A stretch of DNA of 64,000 nt from Syntrophorhabdaceae bacterium (GTDB taxonomy: Bacteria; Desulfobacterota; Syntrophorhabdia; Syntrophorhabdales; Syntrophorhabdaceae): contig OY762209.1 in the NCBI GenBank assembly GCA_963665295.1, positions 2,464,001 through 2,528,000 on the forward strand, read 5' to 3'. A program made the translations under genes and the position numbers. Below the pieces are notes generated by a model. It was not told the origin of the DNA and did not search any database. It saw nothing but the letters and a program-made list of their open reading frames with translations. How positions within the stretch are numbered: the first letter of the stretch is position 1; the number at the start of each line of letters is the position of its first letter. Positions 9,248-19,641 of the stretch are shown one piece after another.

Positions 9248-10690
9248 TTAATATTCCACTCCGAGATACCTAAACGAGAGGATGCTCAATGTCCCTGACC
9301 CGGATGCTCCGAGATTGTATGAGAGATTCCCTGTATCGTCGAGGGGCTGCTCACCGAAAAGCCACCTATTTTTACCATTGGTAATCCCGGTTATATCGTT
9401 GATGTAGCACGCTTGTGCAACCTGCTTCCCGGTCAGCCATATTCCCGTTGGTCCCGACGCCGAGGCAGATGCTGAATCTGCTACTATGACTAACACCTTT
9501 ATCAGTTTAGCTCCAGCTCCAATCTTCCCCAAAGAATCCACTTGGATATCCAGGGGGAGGTTCCCGGTAGTAGACCAGCCAGAGGTATTGTTGAATATGC
9601 TACTCTCGATAAAAGCGTCGAGCCATATAACCTGGTTTGGCTTGGGGCTGTAGTTCCCCTCTCCAATCGAACTGCCGAAGACGAGCATGGGTTGGCTGAA
9701 ATATGCCGTTGTGCTCGTGCCGGACAGGAGATACACCATGTATTCGCCTGCCGTCGTTGACATGTCCTTTGTAACTTCCAGCCACTCGAAAGTTCCCCCG
9801 CCTGTATGATACGCCGAGTAAGACGTATTGTTCCCGTCCGAAATAGCCAGTCGGGCCTTGTTCGCGGATGAGCATTTTACCCATGCCCCTAGACTCACGG
9901 GGCGCCCGGCAAACGTGGCGACATGCTCGGGATTCACGGAGCCCTGGGATACATAACCGTTTGATGCCCCTCCCGTCATTTTAAGTCCGTAGAAACTCCC
10001 CGATTTTGTATTATCCCCTTTGTATTCCCGGTAAAGGAGCGTATCAGTTGATTTCTTCCATTCATCAGGTCCCTTCGTGTCCGCCCCCACGCAGCCGGGG
10101 GTGACTTCGTAGAGAGCTACGGAGTCGAAGAGCATGGTGCCGGAGGTGGACGTATTCTTGAAAAGCATTATCATATGGTTCGTAATTGTGGCTTTAAATG
10201 TAAGCGTCATGGCTACCCATGAAGATGAGGTCGTTATGGAGGAAGAGTATAGTATGTTCCCCCCCTCGTCGCCTATCGCAATGGTGCATGATTCATTGCC
10301 GCTGGTCCCCGACTTCACGTAGGCGACAAGCCTGTAGAGTTTGCCAATAGTTAGTCCTGTCAGGCTCTGTTTTGCGCCCTGGCCTATCCACCCGGTCCTG
10401 GTCATCTCAAGGCAATTACCTGACTGGCCTCCTGCTATACTCGCAACGGAACACTGATCTGTTGTCCATCCTGTTGTATCGCTGTCGAATCCGCCGTTCG
10501 TTGCAAGATTACCCCCCACGTTCTCAAGTGTTGAGTTGCTCCAACTTTCCCAACCCGTGTTGGTTAGCAGATTCTGAAGCACGAGGTCATTTACCGCGTT
10601 TTCAATGGCGGTTGCGTTGGCGTCATGATCCGTATCGGTCAGGGGCGCCCCTTTTTCACTTCTTCTGAGCAAATCCAGTCGATTTGTCAT
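9248..10690 (-). CDS. tail fibre / receptor-binding protein with CBM4/9-like carbohydrate-binding domains
   Basis: N-terminal RRSEKGAPLT..DAN motif; NLATNGGFDSDTTGW...YRLVAYVK...FDSVALYEV beta-sandwich pattern. Confidence 0.7.
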   Translation of the reverse strand: MTNRLDLLRRSEKGAPLTDTDHDANATAIENAVNDLVLQNLLTNTGWESWSNSTLENVGGNLATNGGFDSDTTGWTTDQCSVASIAGGQSGNCLEMTRTGWIGQGAKQSLTGLTIGKLYRLVAYVKSGTSGNESCTIAIGDEGGNILYSSSITTSSSWVAMTLTFKATITNHMIMLFKNTSTSGTMLFDSVALYEVTPGCVGADTKGPDEWKKSTDTLLYREYKGDNTKSGSFYGLKMTGGASNGYVSQGSVNPEHVATFAGRPVSLGAWVKCSSANKARLAISDGNNTSYSAYHTGGGTFEWLEVTKDMSTTAGEYMVYLLSGTSTTAYFSQPMLVFGSSIGEGNYSPKPNQVIWLDAFIESSIFNNTSGWSTTGNLPLDIQVDSLGKIGAGAKLIKVLVIVADSASASASGPTGIWLTGKQVAQACYINDITGITNGKNRWLFGEQPLDDTGNLSYNLGASGSGTLSILSFRYLGVEY

Positions 10691-10691
10691 T

Positions 10692-13600
10692 TTATAACCT
10701 CCAGCCTATTAGAATGATGGATGAGTTTGCGGATGATACCTGGTAGTAAACGTCGCCCGTGGAATTTATCATTTCCCCGGTGACCCAGTTGTACCTGTTC
10801 GTGGGGAATATCCCGAAGGACAACCCCCCTGACGAGGCTGCGGAAAACCTGCCGTAAAAGCCACCGAACCCGTCGGAGTCCGAGGCCATGCCCACGGTGT
10901 TCCCGTTGGTGCCGACGACGTATTTCATCCGCGTCCCGAGGATCGGTGGAATCATCCTCGACGGTAAGGCCGTCCAGGCGTCCGCAGTGAGGCTGCCATC
11001 CACGTAAAACGCCGAATAGATGCTCATGTAGGCCGCCAACTCGTTCCCGATCTGCCGCGCGTAGCACAGGTGAGATGAGTCATGGCAGTAATTGAGACCC
11101 AATCGGGCATAATAGGTGTATCCGCTCGGCAAGGTGGGAGACGTCGCACTCAGAGACAGGAGAAGCCTGCTCGCCTCAGTGGTGGGGTTGTAGAGCAAGT
11201 AGAGATACCACCAGTTTACGGCGAGACTCCCGGTGTCCACAATGGCGGTGTAGCTGACCCCCGAGATGCTCACGGAGGTCAGCTTCTTCGGGGCACCGGA
11301 GGAAGTCTGAAGGATTACCTCGTCGGCGGTCAGGGACAGGGAGCCCGAATACGTTATCTGGAGGCCGCGCGTGATACCCATGACCCCGAGGGAATCGCCC
11401 ATCACGCCCTGAGATCCCGTAGGTCCCTGCGAGCCCTGCGCGCCCGAAGCTCCTTGGGAGCCTTGAGCGCCCTCTGCACCGGTCGTCCCCTGTGCTCCCT
11501 GCGGACCTGTTGCGCCCGTTGGGCCTTGCGCCCCGGTAGGCCCGGTTGTTCCCTGCTGGCCCTGGGGACCGGTTGCTCCGATCAAGCCTTGAGGGCCTTG
11601 AGAGCCGGTGGAACCGGCGGGGCCTTGCGTTCCCTGGATACCCTGCGCCCCGGTAGGGCCTTGTACCCCCTGGGTTCCTTCGGGGCCCTGCGTGCCTTGA
11701 GGGCCGTCTGCTCCGGTGGCTCCCTGAGAACCCGTGGAACCGGTTGCGCCTTGGTTGCCCTGAGGGCCGGTCGCTCCTGTGAGGCCTTGTGCCCCCTGCG
11801 GACCCGTGGAACCTGACGGGCCTTGCGTGCCCTGGACTCCCTGGGCTCCGGATGTTCCCTGTGTTCCCTGTGTACCGGTCGTCCCCTGCACTCCCTGCGG
11901 GCCTTGTGCCCCGGCCACTCCCTGAGAGCCGGTCGGCCCCGTGGGGCCCTGCGTTCCCTGGGCTCCCATCGATCCCTGGGGACCGGTGAGGTATATCTGC
12001 CGGGCCTTCGCCGTCAGTTCGGAGGTTGTGAGGACGCGGCTGTAGACGGCAAGCTCCGTCACATACCCGTCGAGGTAATGGAGGGAGTTGTACACATTTT
12101 CGACATACACTCCCGGCGTGTAGACCGCTGCATTGACAGGGACGGGAATACCTGCATCGACGATGGTGGAGGAAAATGAGACGCCGTCGATCTTGAGAAC
12201 GGCTGTCTCGCAGTTGCCGTTGAAGGTGAAGGAGCAGAAGTGTTCCGCTCCGGATGCGAGGGCGGAGCCCACATTGAAATAGTTGTTCGTGCCGGCGATC
12301 ACCACATGGTTGGCGGCACTTTCCTGGTAGAGGAAGGCATTGAGGGAGACGTTCGAACCTTTAGTGACCGCGTCCGTGTCGAGGAATATTCTCCACAGGA
12401 CGGTTCCGGGGCCTCCCGCCGACATGGCGAGGTCGGCCCAGGCGATATAATCGGCGGCGCCGTCCTGGTTGTAGACGATCCTCCCGAACATATCGAGGCG
12501 GGTGCCGTGGGTGAGTGACGACTCGACGGTGAGATTGCTTCCCGAGACGTCCAGGACGCCGGTGGATTGGAGAAGGGGGGCATAGAGGAGGCACCCGCTT
12601 TCCATCTGCGCGTTGCCGTAGCCTATATCACCTGTCGCTCCCTGATTGCCCTGCGCGCCTGTCGGGCCTTGAGCGCCCTGCGGCCCCTCGGCTCCTGACG
12701 GGCCTTGAGAACCGGTGGAACCGGTTGTTCCCTGGTTGCCCTGAGGACCGGTTGCGCCCGCCGCGCCTTGTGAACCCTGCGCGCCCGCTGCGCCTTGAGC
12801 GCCGGTCACACCCGCCGCTCCCTGGACGCCTTGATTGCCCTGGGCCCCGGTGGGGCCTTGCGTTCCCTGGACGCCTGCCGCGCCTGCGGGGCCCTGCTGG
12901 CCCTGGGGACCGGTTGCGCCCGTTGACCCCGTAGCCCCTTCCACTCCCTGGGCTCCCTGCAAGCCCGAGGGACCGGTTTCTCCCATGGGGCCTTGAGCGC
13001 CGGTCACTCCCTGCGCTCCCTGCACTCCCTGCGCTCCGGCAGAACCTGTCGGGCCTTGCGGGCCTTGAGAACCTTGAGCACCGGCAGTTCCCTGGGCTCC
13101 GGTCGGTCCTTGATCACCCTGGTGACCCTGGCTTCCCTGGGCTCCGGTTGATCCTTGCACGCCTGTCGCGCCTTGATCGCCCTGGTGGCCTTGCGGACCC
13201 TGAGAACCTGTGAGGCCCTGAGGACCGGTTGCACCCTGGGCTCCGGTCTCCCCGGATGGGCCTTGAGAACCTTGAGCGCCTGCGGCTCCCTGTGCTCCCT
13301 GCGGGCCTTGTGCCCCGGCCACTCCCTGAGAGCCGGTGACGCCGACGGCCCCCTGGCTTCCTTGAGCGCCTTGCGTGCCCGACGGGCCTTGCGTGCCCTG
13401 GACGCCTTGAGAGCCCGTGAGTCCCTGAGCCCCTTGGGCTCCTGTCGCGCCTTGATCACCCTGGTGGCCCTGGCTCCCCTGGGCTCCGGTTGATCCTTGG
13501 GGACCGGTTGCGCCTTGATCACCCTGGTGGCCTTGCGGACCCTGAGAACCGGTGAGGCCCTGAGAACCGGTTGCGCCGGCGGGGCCCTGCGCGCCCTGAA

Positions 13601-13958
13601 CGCCCTGAGAACCGGATGGGCCTTGAGAACCCTGAGCGCCCACAGGGCCTTGATCACCCTGGTGGCCCTGGCTCCCCTGGGCTCCGGTTGATCCTTGGGG
13701 ACCGGTTGATCCTTGATCGCCCTGGTGGCCTTGAGAACCGGTTGCTCCCGTGGGACCTTGTGAACCGGTTGTGCCTGAGGGGCCTTGCGATCCCTGGGTA
13801 CCTTGCGGCCCTGATGGACCCTGGGATCCTTGCGGGCCGTCAGGGCCTTGAGGGCCTGTCGCTCCCGTGGGACCTTGCGGACCCTGGGGGCCGGTGATCT
13901 CCGCGACAAGACGCTGCTTTGAAAGTGAGCCGTCGGCACGCTCGACGATAGTGGGCAC
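10692..13958 (-). CDS. collagen-like tail fibre with an internal LamG-like domain and a C-terminal phage fibre domain
   Basis: Two long Gly-X-Y tracts; [19 protein letters not shown]amG motif; DTGSL..WWYLYL...[16 protein letters not shown] fibre motif. Confidence 0.85.
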   Translation of the reverse strand: MPTIVERADGSLSKQRLVAEITGPQGPQGPTGATGPQGPDGPQGSQGPSGPQGTQGSQGPSGTTGSQGPTGATGSQGHQGDQGSTGPQGSTGAQGSQGHQGDQGPVGAQGSQGPSGSQGVQGAQGPAGATGSQGLTGSQGPQGHQGDQGATGPQGSTGAQGSQGHQGDQGATGAQGAQGLTGSQGVQGTQGPSGTQGAQGSQGAVGVTGSQGVAGAQGPQGAQGAAGAQGSQGPSGETGAQGATGPQGLTGSQGPQGHQGDQGATGVQGSTGAQGSQGHQGDQGPTGAQGTAGAQGSQGPQGPTGSAGAQGVQGAQGVTGAQGPMGETGPSGLQGAQGVEGATGSTGATGPQGQQGPAGAAGVQGTQGPTGAQGNQGVQGAAGVTGAQGAAGAQGSQGAAGATGPQGNQGTTGSTGSQGPSGAEGPQGAQGPTGAQGNQGATGDIGYGNAQMESGCLLYAPLLQSTGVLDVSGSNLTVESSLTHGTRLDMFGRIVYNQDGAADYIAWADLAMSAGGPGTVLWRIFLDTDAVTKGSNVSLNAFLYQESAANHVVIAGTNNYFNVGSALASGAEHFCSFTFNGNCETAVLKIDGVSFSSTIVDAGIPVPVNAAVYTPGVYVENVYNSLHYLDGYVTELAVYSRVLTTSELTAKARQIYLTGPQGSMGAQGTQGPTGPTGSQGVAGAQGPQGVQGTTGTQGTQGTSGAQGVQGTQGPSGSTGPQGAQGLTGATGPQGNQGATGSTGSQGATGADGPQGTQGPEGTQGVQGPTGAQGIQGTQGPAGSTGSQGPQGLIGATGPQGQQGTTGPTGAQGPTGATGPQGAQGTTGAEGAQGSQGASGAQGSQGPTGSQGVMGDSLGVMGITRGLQITYSGSLSLTADEVILQTSSGAPKKLTSVSISGVSYTAIVDTGSLAVNWWYLYLLYNPTTEASRLLLSLSATSPTLPSGYTYYARLGLNYCHDSSHLCYARQIGNELAAYMSIYSAFYVDGSLTADAWTALPSRMIPPILGTRMKYVVGTNGNTVGMASDSDGFGGFYGRFSAASSGGLSFGIFPTNRYNWVTGEMINSTGDVYYQVSSANSSIILIGWRL
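11397..11984 (-). repeat. collagen Gly-X-Y tract 2
   Basis: Uninterrupted G-x-Q/T triplets. Confidence 0.9.
12615..13892 (-). repeat. collagen Gly-X-Y tract 1, with internally duplicated GHQGDQG blocks
   Basis: About 140 triplets; GHQGDQG occurs six times, in three near-identical DNA blocks. Confidence 0.9.
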
Positions 13959-13961
13959 GGG

Positions 13962-15269
13962 TTATACCTCCAAAGCTCCGTGATACTTTCTCTTCAACGA
14001 TTTCACCGCGAAGAGATGCGCCTCCACATAAGGAATGAGGTTATCCGCGCAAAATCCCGGCGGTGTCCAGGTGACGATCTTCATGGCCTGGAACCGGCAT
14101 TTTGCCTTACCGTGGAGGTATTTCTGATGCGATGCCTTCGTGTAGTACCAGAAGCTGTTCTGGTTCCAGAAACTCACATGAGTCGGGTCCTGGAAGGCTC
14201 CGCGGCCGTCCGTGGAAGGGACGGAGATGAGGAAGAACCCACCGTCGGCGAGAACCCGGTATGCCTCGTTCATGGTGTGGATGGGGTCGCGCAGGTGCTC
14301 GATCGCGTCGGAGGCGCGGATGACGCCCACCGAGTTGTCCGCGAGCGGCCAGGGACCGTTAAGGTCGGCGTTTATGTCCCCGCCGGCGAGGTCGATGGAA
14401 GTGAAGCCCAGGGCCTTGTCCACCCCTCCGCAAAGGTCGATCTTGTCAAGGCCGTTGATATCAGCCCACCTTTCCGCGAGACGGAAGATGTATTTGTTGT
14501 AATTGGCCCACATACCGTCCTGGACTGCCTGGTTGTTTTCGAGCCAGGTGTTCGACTTGTCGTTGTGGACCCGGTACACGTAGAGGCATTTGTCGATGTG
14601 GACCATTTCCCTGTGGAGGTAGAAACGGCAAATAAGGTCATGGTCGTCGGCCACTTTGAGGGCGGGGTCGTGGCCGCCTACCTCCCAATAGTCTTTCGCG
14701 CGCCAAGCGCGGACGTGGTCCGGGGCGAACCAGATGCGGCTCAGATTCTGAGGCTCCGGGGCGGGCGCGATCGTCTCGAGGAGGGTCCTTTTCCGGAATA
14801 CGAACTTCCTCGTCTCCCACCCGAAGTCCGCGCCCCACTGAAGGGGCTTCCAGTCGTCGTCCACCAGGGCGGTATTGGAATAGACGAAGCAGGCATCGGG
14901 GTGAGACTCAAAGGCCTTGAGGATCTCCGCGAGGGCGTTGGGGGTGAGGAGATCGTCGTGATCCACCTCGACAATTATTTCGCCTGTCGCGTGCTCGCAG
15001 GCGACGCGCTTGAGAGCGCCCACGCCGGGAGGCTCTACACCTTCTTTTGGCGGGGGAGTCTCCACGAGCCTGATCGGCCGGGGATCGTCGTCCACATAGC
15101 AGGCGGCGTTGAAATCCTCCGGAGTTACTCCTCCGTTCAAGACGACCACCCATTCCCATGCCGTGTGGCTCTGGGCCGTGAGGGATTGGTACAGGTCCTT
15201 GATGTATTTGAGGTTGTGGGTCGGGGTAATGACCGAAATGGTGGGACCCTGATCACGTACTGGTTTCAT
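13962..15269 (-). CDS. GT2 glycosyltransferase fused to a SAM-dependent methyltransferase
   Basis: ISVITPTHN, WEWVVV, EVDHDDLL (DxD), ADDHDL; then KIDLCGG, DAIEHL, EAYRVLADGG, FQDPTH; TAATG coupling with the upstream gene. Confidence 0.88.
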   Translation of the reverse strand: MKPVRDQGPTISVITPTHNLKYIKDLYQSLTAQSHTAWEWVVVLNGGVTPEDFNAACYVDDDPRPIRLVETPPPKEGVEPPGVGALKRVACEHATGEIIVEVDHDDLLTPNALAEILKAFESHPDACFVYSNTALVDDDWKPLQWGADFGWETRKFVFRKRTLLETIAPAPEPQNLSRIWFAPDHVRAWRAKDYWEVGGHDPALKVADDHDLICRFYLHREMVHIDKCLYVYRVHNDKSNTWLENNQAVQDGMWANYNKYIFRLAERWADINGLDKIDLCGGVDKALGFTSIDLAGGDINADLNGPWPLADNSVGVIRASDAIEHLRDPIHTMNEAYRVLADGGFFLISVPSTDGRGAFQDPTHVSFWNQNSFWYYTKASHQKYLHGKAKCRFQAMKIVTWTPPGFCADNLIPYVEAHLFAVKSLKRKYHGALEV

Positions 15270-18200
15270 TAATATCTCCATGGGCTGGGGTCGGTGCAGA
15301 CGAGGTAGTCCCTCACCACCGGACCCTTGCCGTTTTCGTCGTTGGTGAGGGCAAACCTCACCGCGTAGTCCGTGCCGGGATGCGCGATCGCCACCGTGCC
15401 GCCCGTGCTGTTTATTCCATGCTCCGTGTCGAGTACCGTTTGCCAGTTCGCGGCACCGTCGAAGGTTACTTCCATTTTGAGGAATCCGAAGCCGCCGCCC
15501 TGGATGGAGTCTTCCCACGCGCAGAAGGCAATCATGTAGGCCGGGTTGTCGTCTTTCAGGGAATAGGCCCCGCTTGCGGGGGTCCCGCTCACGGCGATGG
15601 TATTCGGCGTGTTGCCCATCACATTGAAGGCTGTCCCGGTTGCGTCCAGGAGGGTGAGGTTCTTGCACTGGTCCGTGTACCAGGTCTTGTCCACGTCGAT
15701 GAGGTGTCCCGCGCCGGCCTCGCCTATTCCCGTCTCGATGGTGGTCATGGACGGGTAGTCGGCGGACACGAAACCCGAGACGGTGCCGGGGTTGCTGTTT
15801 GCCTGGATCACCGCGCCGTTGGCGATCACCGCGGGGTTGGTCGAAGGGTCTGGGTCGGCGCGCTTGCTCTTGTCGGCGAACCCGTCGAAGATGGCGAATT
15901 GAGCCCACGACGCGTACTGGAAATTGAGTTTCATGATGTCCAGTTCCAGGTCGGTGTCGGCTTCGGTGGAAGACCCCGCCGTCGAGATCAATTTCGTCTC
16001 CGCGGCGGGAGAGGAGGCGGGGACCTGATCCGTGGTCACGCACACTTCATAGGTGCTGCTCGCGTCCACGGCGGGGATAGTGTACCTCGTGATCGTGGTG
16101 GAGCCGGAGAGCGTCCAGTCGCCCGTGCTTCCGTCGTCCTCTACCTTCCGGTAATAGACGTTCGCCTGGGCGAGGGTCGTGTCGGCGGGAACGGAATAGG
16201 TCACGGCGATATTCTGCACCGTGGTCCCCTCCTCGTCCTCGTAGGCCTCGATGGAGAGAGCAAGGTCCTCGACGTAGGAGGTGGGCCGGGAAAAGATGGG
16301 GATTTGCTTGTCCGGGGGACCGTCGGCGAGGGCGGCGGCTACGTAGTTCTTGAGCTCGAAGGCTACCCGCATGTCCTCCGTCATGTCGAGCGACTTTATG
16401 GTGTACACCTGCTCGGGGCATTTTCCGAGGATAAAGGGGTCGAAACGGGACGGGGCGGAGCTGAAGGCGGGGGAGACCGTCACGGTGCGGTGCGTGCCGG
16501 GGGCGCTCGTCACGGGGCGAAGCTCGATCTTTCTCCCGAGGGCGGGGTCGGTGATTCGCACCTTGATCCACCACGTTTCTCCGGAGGCGACGGTCACATC
16601 CTCGTCAAGCTCCACCGCTGTGGTCGTGGCGGAGACCACCGCGCCGTTGATTCCCCAGTCGGGGTGGTTGGGCTGCCACGTGATCCGGTCGCCGATCGTC
16701 AGGCCCGTGGAGGAGAGGTCCGATACGAGGTCCACCGATTCGTCTTCCAGCTCGTCCTTCTTGAGCTGGTAATACCCGTGTCTCGTTGACTCGGTCTGCG
16801 ACGTGCAGCCGATGAGATCGATGCTCGCCGTCCTTGTCCTTCCCGCCTGGGAATCATTCACGACCCTGATCGGGGTCTGGGCGTAATCGTTGTCACGGTC
16901 GAGGATCGTCCCCTCCAGGGAGGCAAACTTTTCACGGGCGGGCGCAAAGACCGTGTGGGCCGCGCCTTTTTCCATGTCCCTTACCGTGATCACGTCCACC
17001 GGGTCGCCCGGTTTGTCGATGGCGAGGGTAACCTCCGTGCCGAGCCAGACGTGGGTAAAATGGCCTATCTTCTCCACCGCCTGCGCCGCCTCGTGCACGG
17101 AGAGATCGCTGTCGAAGGTGCCGTTGAAGGTATGACGCGGCTCGGTTCCGCCCGCGCCGTCGTCCACCGCGCCGGCGTTGTACTCCTCAAGGTCCACGTA
17201 CTTTTCGAGGTCGAGCTTCGCCGGGTCTATTTCCCCGTCGTACCGCACCACGTTGAGATCGTTGTCGAGAACGGGGCGGGTGAGGACGTCCCAATCGACC
17301 CACGCGGGCCGGTCGGAGTGCTGGACGGTCCAGGTCTCCGTAGCCGCGTCGTAGGTCTTCACGAGGGATGCCTTCATCACCACCCTGACCTTGATGCTCG
17401 ACAAGCCTTCCACGGCGAGGGCCTTGATCCCGAGGAGGACGTGGCGGGGATATTCGAACCTATCGCTCACCACGGTCCGGAGGGCCGTGAGGGTCGTCTC
17501 GTTCATCGAGGACGAGGCGTTCGACTTCTCGTTGGTGAGCTTGGTGAGGCGATACCGGTACTTGATCCCGTTGGTGGTCTCGTCGGCCCTCACCGTGCGC
17601 CGGACCACACTCGCCCCGCTCCCGTTGATCTTGAGGGTATTCTCGAAGGCGGTGCCCACGCGCGCCGAACCGGTGAACCAATGCCAGAAGTCACGGCGAT
17701 ACCCGTAGGTGAATCCATCCTCATCGGCGGCATAGTCGTGCGCGTACTCGTCGCCCTCGTGATGCGCCGTGGAGGTCGTGGTGCCGGCGGCCACTTCTTC
17801 CCAGACCTGCTTGCCGTCCGCCTGCTCGATCCAGTGGCCCGCGCTCCATTTGCCGTTGAAATTCACCGTGTGGTCGGAGGTTGCCCGGCGGGTGATTGTC
17901 TTCCAGTTTTCAGTGCCTTCCTCGGCGATCTCCAAACGCATCACCACCGAGCTGGAGACGATCCCTCCCGAGACGGAATAACACCCCTTGAGGCACGAGA
18001 TGTCGAATTCGAGACCCGTGAAATTGTCCGCTTCCGTAGTCTCGACGTAGGGGTAGAGGCCCGCCTCCACCCACCGGACGCCTTTCGCCTTGACGAGGGA
18101 ATTCGGGACGTCCGCCCACGGAACGCCGTCGGTTCCGCCCGTGATCCAGTATTGGGTCCAGTTGACCCCCGTCCCGGGAAGGTTGTTGTTGCCCTTGGTG

Positions 18201-19267
18201 CCGTTTTTGATGCAGGTGTAGTTCACCCCGTTCACCAGGGCCTGCGTCGCGGGAGTGCCGTCGAAAACCGACTGGCGGTCTCCTGTCGGAAATACGGGCT
18301 GGGTCGCTCCCGTATTCGCGTAAGCGGGGGCGTGGTCGCCTTCGACGCTCGCCACCATGTAGAGGTGGCCGTTTTCGGGAGACGGGACGCACGTGGAGGC
18401 GGAGCGGGTTGAACTCTCCGCGTAGACCTTCAGGTTGTTGTCCCAGGGGTCTGTCTTCACGATTCGCTTGGAGAAGGGCGTCTCCACCTTGGTGTCGCCG
18501 AAATTTGAGATGTGACTCTGGTTAAGATGACCGAGGCGCGTCTCGAGGATGAGGCCCGGGTAGTAGCCCGTGGACTGGTCGTTGATCTCTATCTTCTCGA
18601 AGGAGTCGATGGGACCGAGGCCGAAATCGACGAGGAGGTTCATGTACTGCTTCGTGCCCCTGTTCTCCCGGAACCACGAGATCACCGTGCCGTGATGAGG
18701 GACCGTGCCATAGCTTTTGGACACGTAACCGCCCTGCTGCTGCACGGTCTGAGGTTGCCAGGAATAAGTCTGGGAGCTTCTGCCGGACGTGAGGGGCGAA
18801 GCGGAAGTGGCTTCAACCTGGGGACCTCCCAAGATGTTCGAGAGGAGGCCTCCGGTGGCTACCGCCGTGCCGATGGATGCGAAGGAAGCGAGGAAGCCGC
18901 CCATGGAACTGATCACGTCACCGGGATCGCGAACGACAGGAACGAAGCTCACCAGGTCAAAGGGCCTGGGGAACGTCGAATCGAGGAGGGCGTCGGAAAC
19001 GGGGCGATTGTTGAGGCCCGTGGCGAACCGGCGGTCCCGGGGTACGTGACGCGCCTTCAGGGCGGCGAGGTCCTCCCCCGTGTAGGGGACGAAGGAAACC
19101 TCACGGCCGTTTGCGCGATTGACGGGGTCCGTGACCACGATAACCGTGATCGTCTCCGGCTCCGGGGCTACGGAAAAAGGAAGGGAACGGTCGCGGACCC
19201 GTTTTTGGGCGGCCCTATGCTGTCGCCATACCTTCTGTGCGGCCCTTGAGCGGGTTATCCGATCCAT
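15269..19267 (-). CDS. central tail tip / host-specificity protein (lambda gpI+gpJ-like)
   Basis: Ubiquitin-like N-terminus, TYSW..QGGYVSKSYG, GLGPI, PAWVDWDVLT, FNGTFD, LTIGDRI, FN3-like C-terminus. Confidence 0.85.
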   Translation of the reverse strand: MDRITRSRAAQKVWRQHRAAQKRVRDRSLPFSVAPEPETITVIVVTDPVNRANGREVSFVPYTGEDLAALKARHVPRDRRFATGLNNRPVSDALLDSTFPRPFDLVSFVPVVRDPGDVISSMGGFLASFASIGTAVATGGLLSNILGGPQVEATSASPLTSGRSSQTYSWQPQTVQQQGGYVSKSYGTVPHHGTVISWFRENRGTKQYMNLLVDFGLGPIDSFEKIEINDQSTGYYPGLILETRLGHLNQSHISNFGDTKVETPFSKRIVKTDPWDNNLKVYAESSTRSASTCVPSPENGHLYMVASVEGDHAPAYANTGATQPVFPTGDRQSVFDGTPATQALVNGVNYTCIKNGTKGNNNLPGTGVNWTQYWITGGTDGVPWADVPNSLVKAKGVRWVEAGLYPYVETTEADNFTGLEFDISCLKGCYSVSGGIVSSSVVMRLEIAEEGTENWKTITRRATSDHTVNFNGKWSAGHWIEQADGKQVWEEVAAGTTTSTAHHEGDEYAHDYAADEDGFTYGYRRDFWHWFTGSARVGTAFENTLKINGSGASVVRRTVRADETTNGIKYRYRLTKLTNEKSNASSSMNETTLTALRTVVSDRFEYPRHVLLGIKALAVEGLSSIKVRVVMKASLVKTYDAATETWTVQHSDRPAWVDWDVLTRPVLDNDLNVVRYDGEIDPAKLDLEKYVDLEEYNAGAVDDGAGGTEPRHTFNGTFDSDLSVHEAAQAVEKIGHFTHVWLGTEVTLAIDKPGDPVDVITVRDMEKGAAHTVFAPAREKFASLEGTILDRDNDYAQTPIRVVNDSQAGRTRTASIDLIGCTSQTESTRHGYYQLKKDELEDESVDLVSDLSSTGLTIGDRITWQPNHPDWGINGAVVSATTTAVELDEDVTVASGETWWIKVRITDPALGRKIELRPVTSAPGTHRTVTVSPAFSSAPSRFDPFILGKCPEQVYTIKSLDMTEDMRVAFELKNYVAAALADGPPDKQIPIFSRPTSYVEDLALSIEAYEDEEGTTVQNIAVTYSVPADTTLAQANVYYRKVEDDGSTGDWTLSGSTTITRYTIPAVDASSTYEVCVTTDQVPASSPAAETKLISTAGSSTEADTDLELDIMKLNFQYASWAQFAIFDGFADKSKRADPDPSTNPAVIANGAVIQANSNPGTVSGFVSADYPSMTTIETGIGEAGAGHLIDVDKTWYTDQCKNLTLLDATGTAFNVMGNTPNTIAVSGTPASGAYSLKDDNPAYMIAFCAWEDSIQGGGFGFLKMEVTFDGAANWQTVLDTEHGINSTGGTVAIAHPGTDYAVRFALTNDENGKGPVVRDYLVCTDPSPWRY

Positions 19268-19641
19268 CGGTAGAACCCCCTGATCCTGCCCCACCGGAGG
19301 CGGGTGATGCGGTCCGTGGTGACGCCCCGGTTATCGAACTCGATGGCATGAATGAAACGGCGACAACCGGGAAGAACCGCGCCGACGTGAGTGACGAACT
19401 TTGAGCCCAGGAGGCTCACGCTCACGATCGCCCACGGCTCAGGCCGGGCGAGGATGTCGCTCGACTCGGCGAGCCGGGTGATAATGAGTTCATTCCGTCC
19501 TTCCGGAGAGTCGGGGTCTTCCACTTCCGGAAGAATGACGCCGCCACGGGCGTAGAGCAGCCGGAGGAGGCCGTAACATCTGCCCACCGATTCCCAGGAA
19601 TGGCCGAGAAGGTCGAGATACCGGATGTTCGCGGGCATCAT
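19255..19641 (-). CDS. NlpC/P60-like tail protein (lambda gpK-like)
   Basis: CYGLL, THVGAVL, FIHA, GFYRW; lies between the gpL-like and gpJ-like genes. Confidence 0.75.
   Translation of the reverse strand: MMPANIRYLDLLGHSWESVGRCYGLLRLLYARGGVILPEVEDPDSPEGRNELIITRLAESSDILARPEPWAIVSVSLLGSKFVTHVGAVLPGCRRFIHAIEFDNRGVTTDRITRLRWGRIRGFYRWIG

Noticed and set aside
11397..13892. Repeats as a CRISPR array
   Set aside because: They are in-frame collagen codon repeats with no unique spacers, and no cas genes are present
15270..16043. N-terminal 258 aa of track ORF 13962-16043
   Set aside because: Alternate-frame overlap with the gpJ-like gene; the real start is the ATG at 15269
8843..19267. Diversity-generating retroelement or shufflon acting on the tail fibres
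   Set aside because: No reverse transcriptase, no TR/VR pair and no inverted cassettes seen
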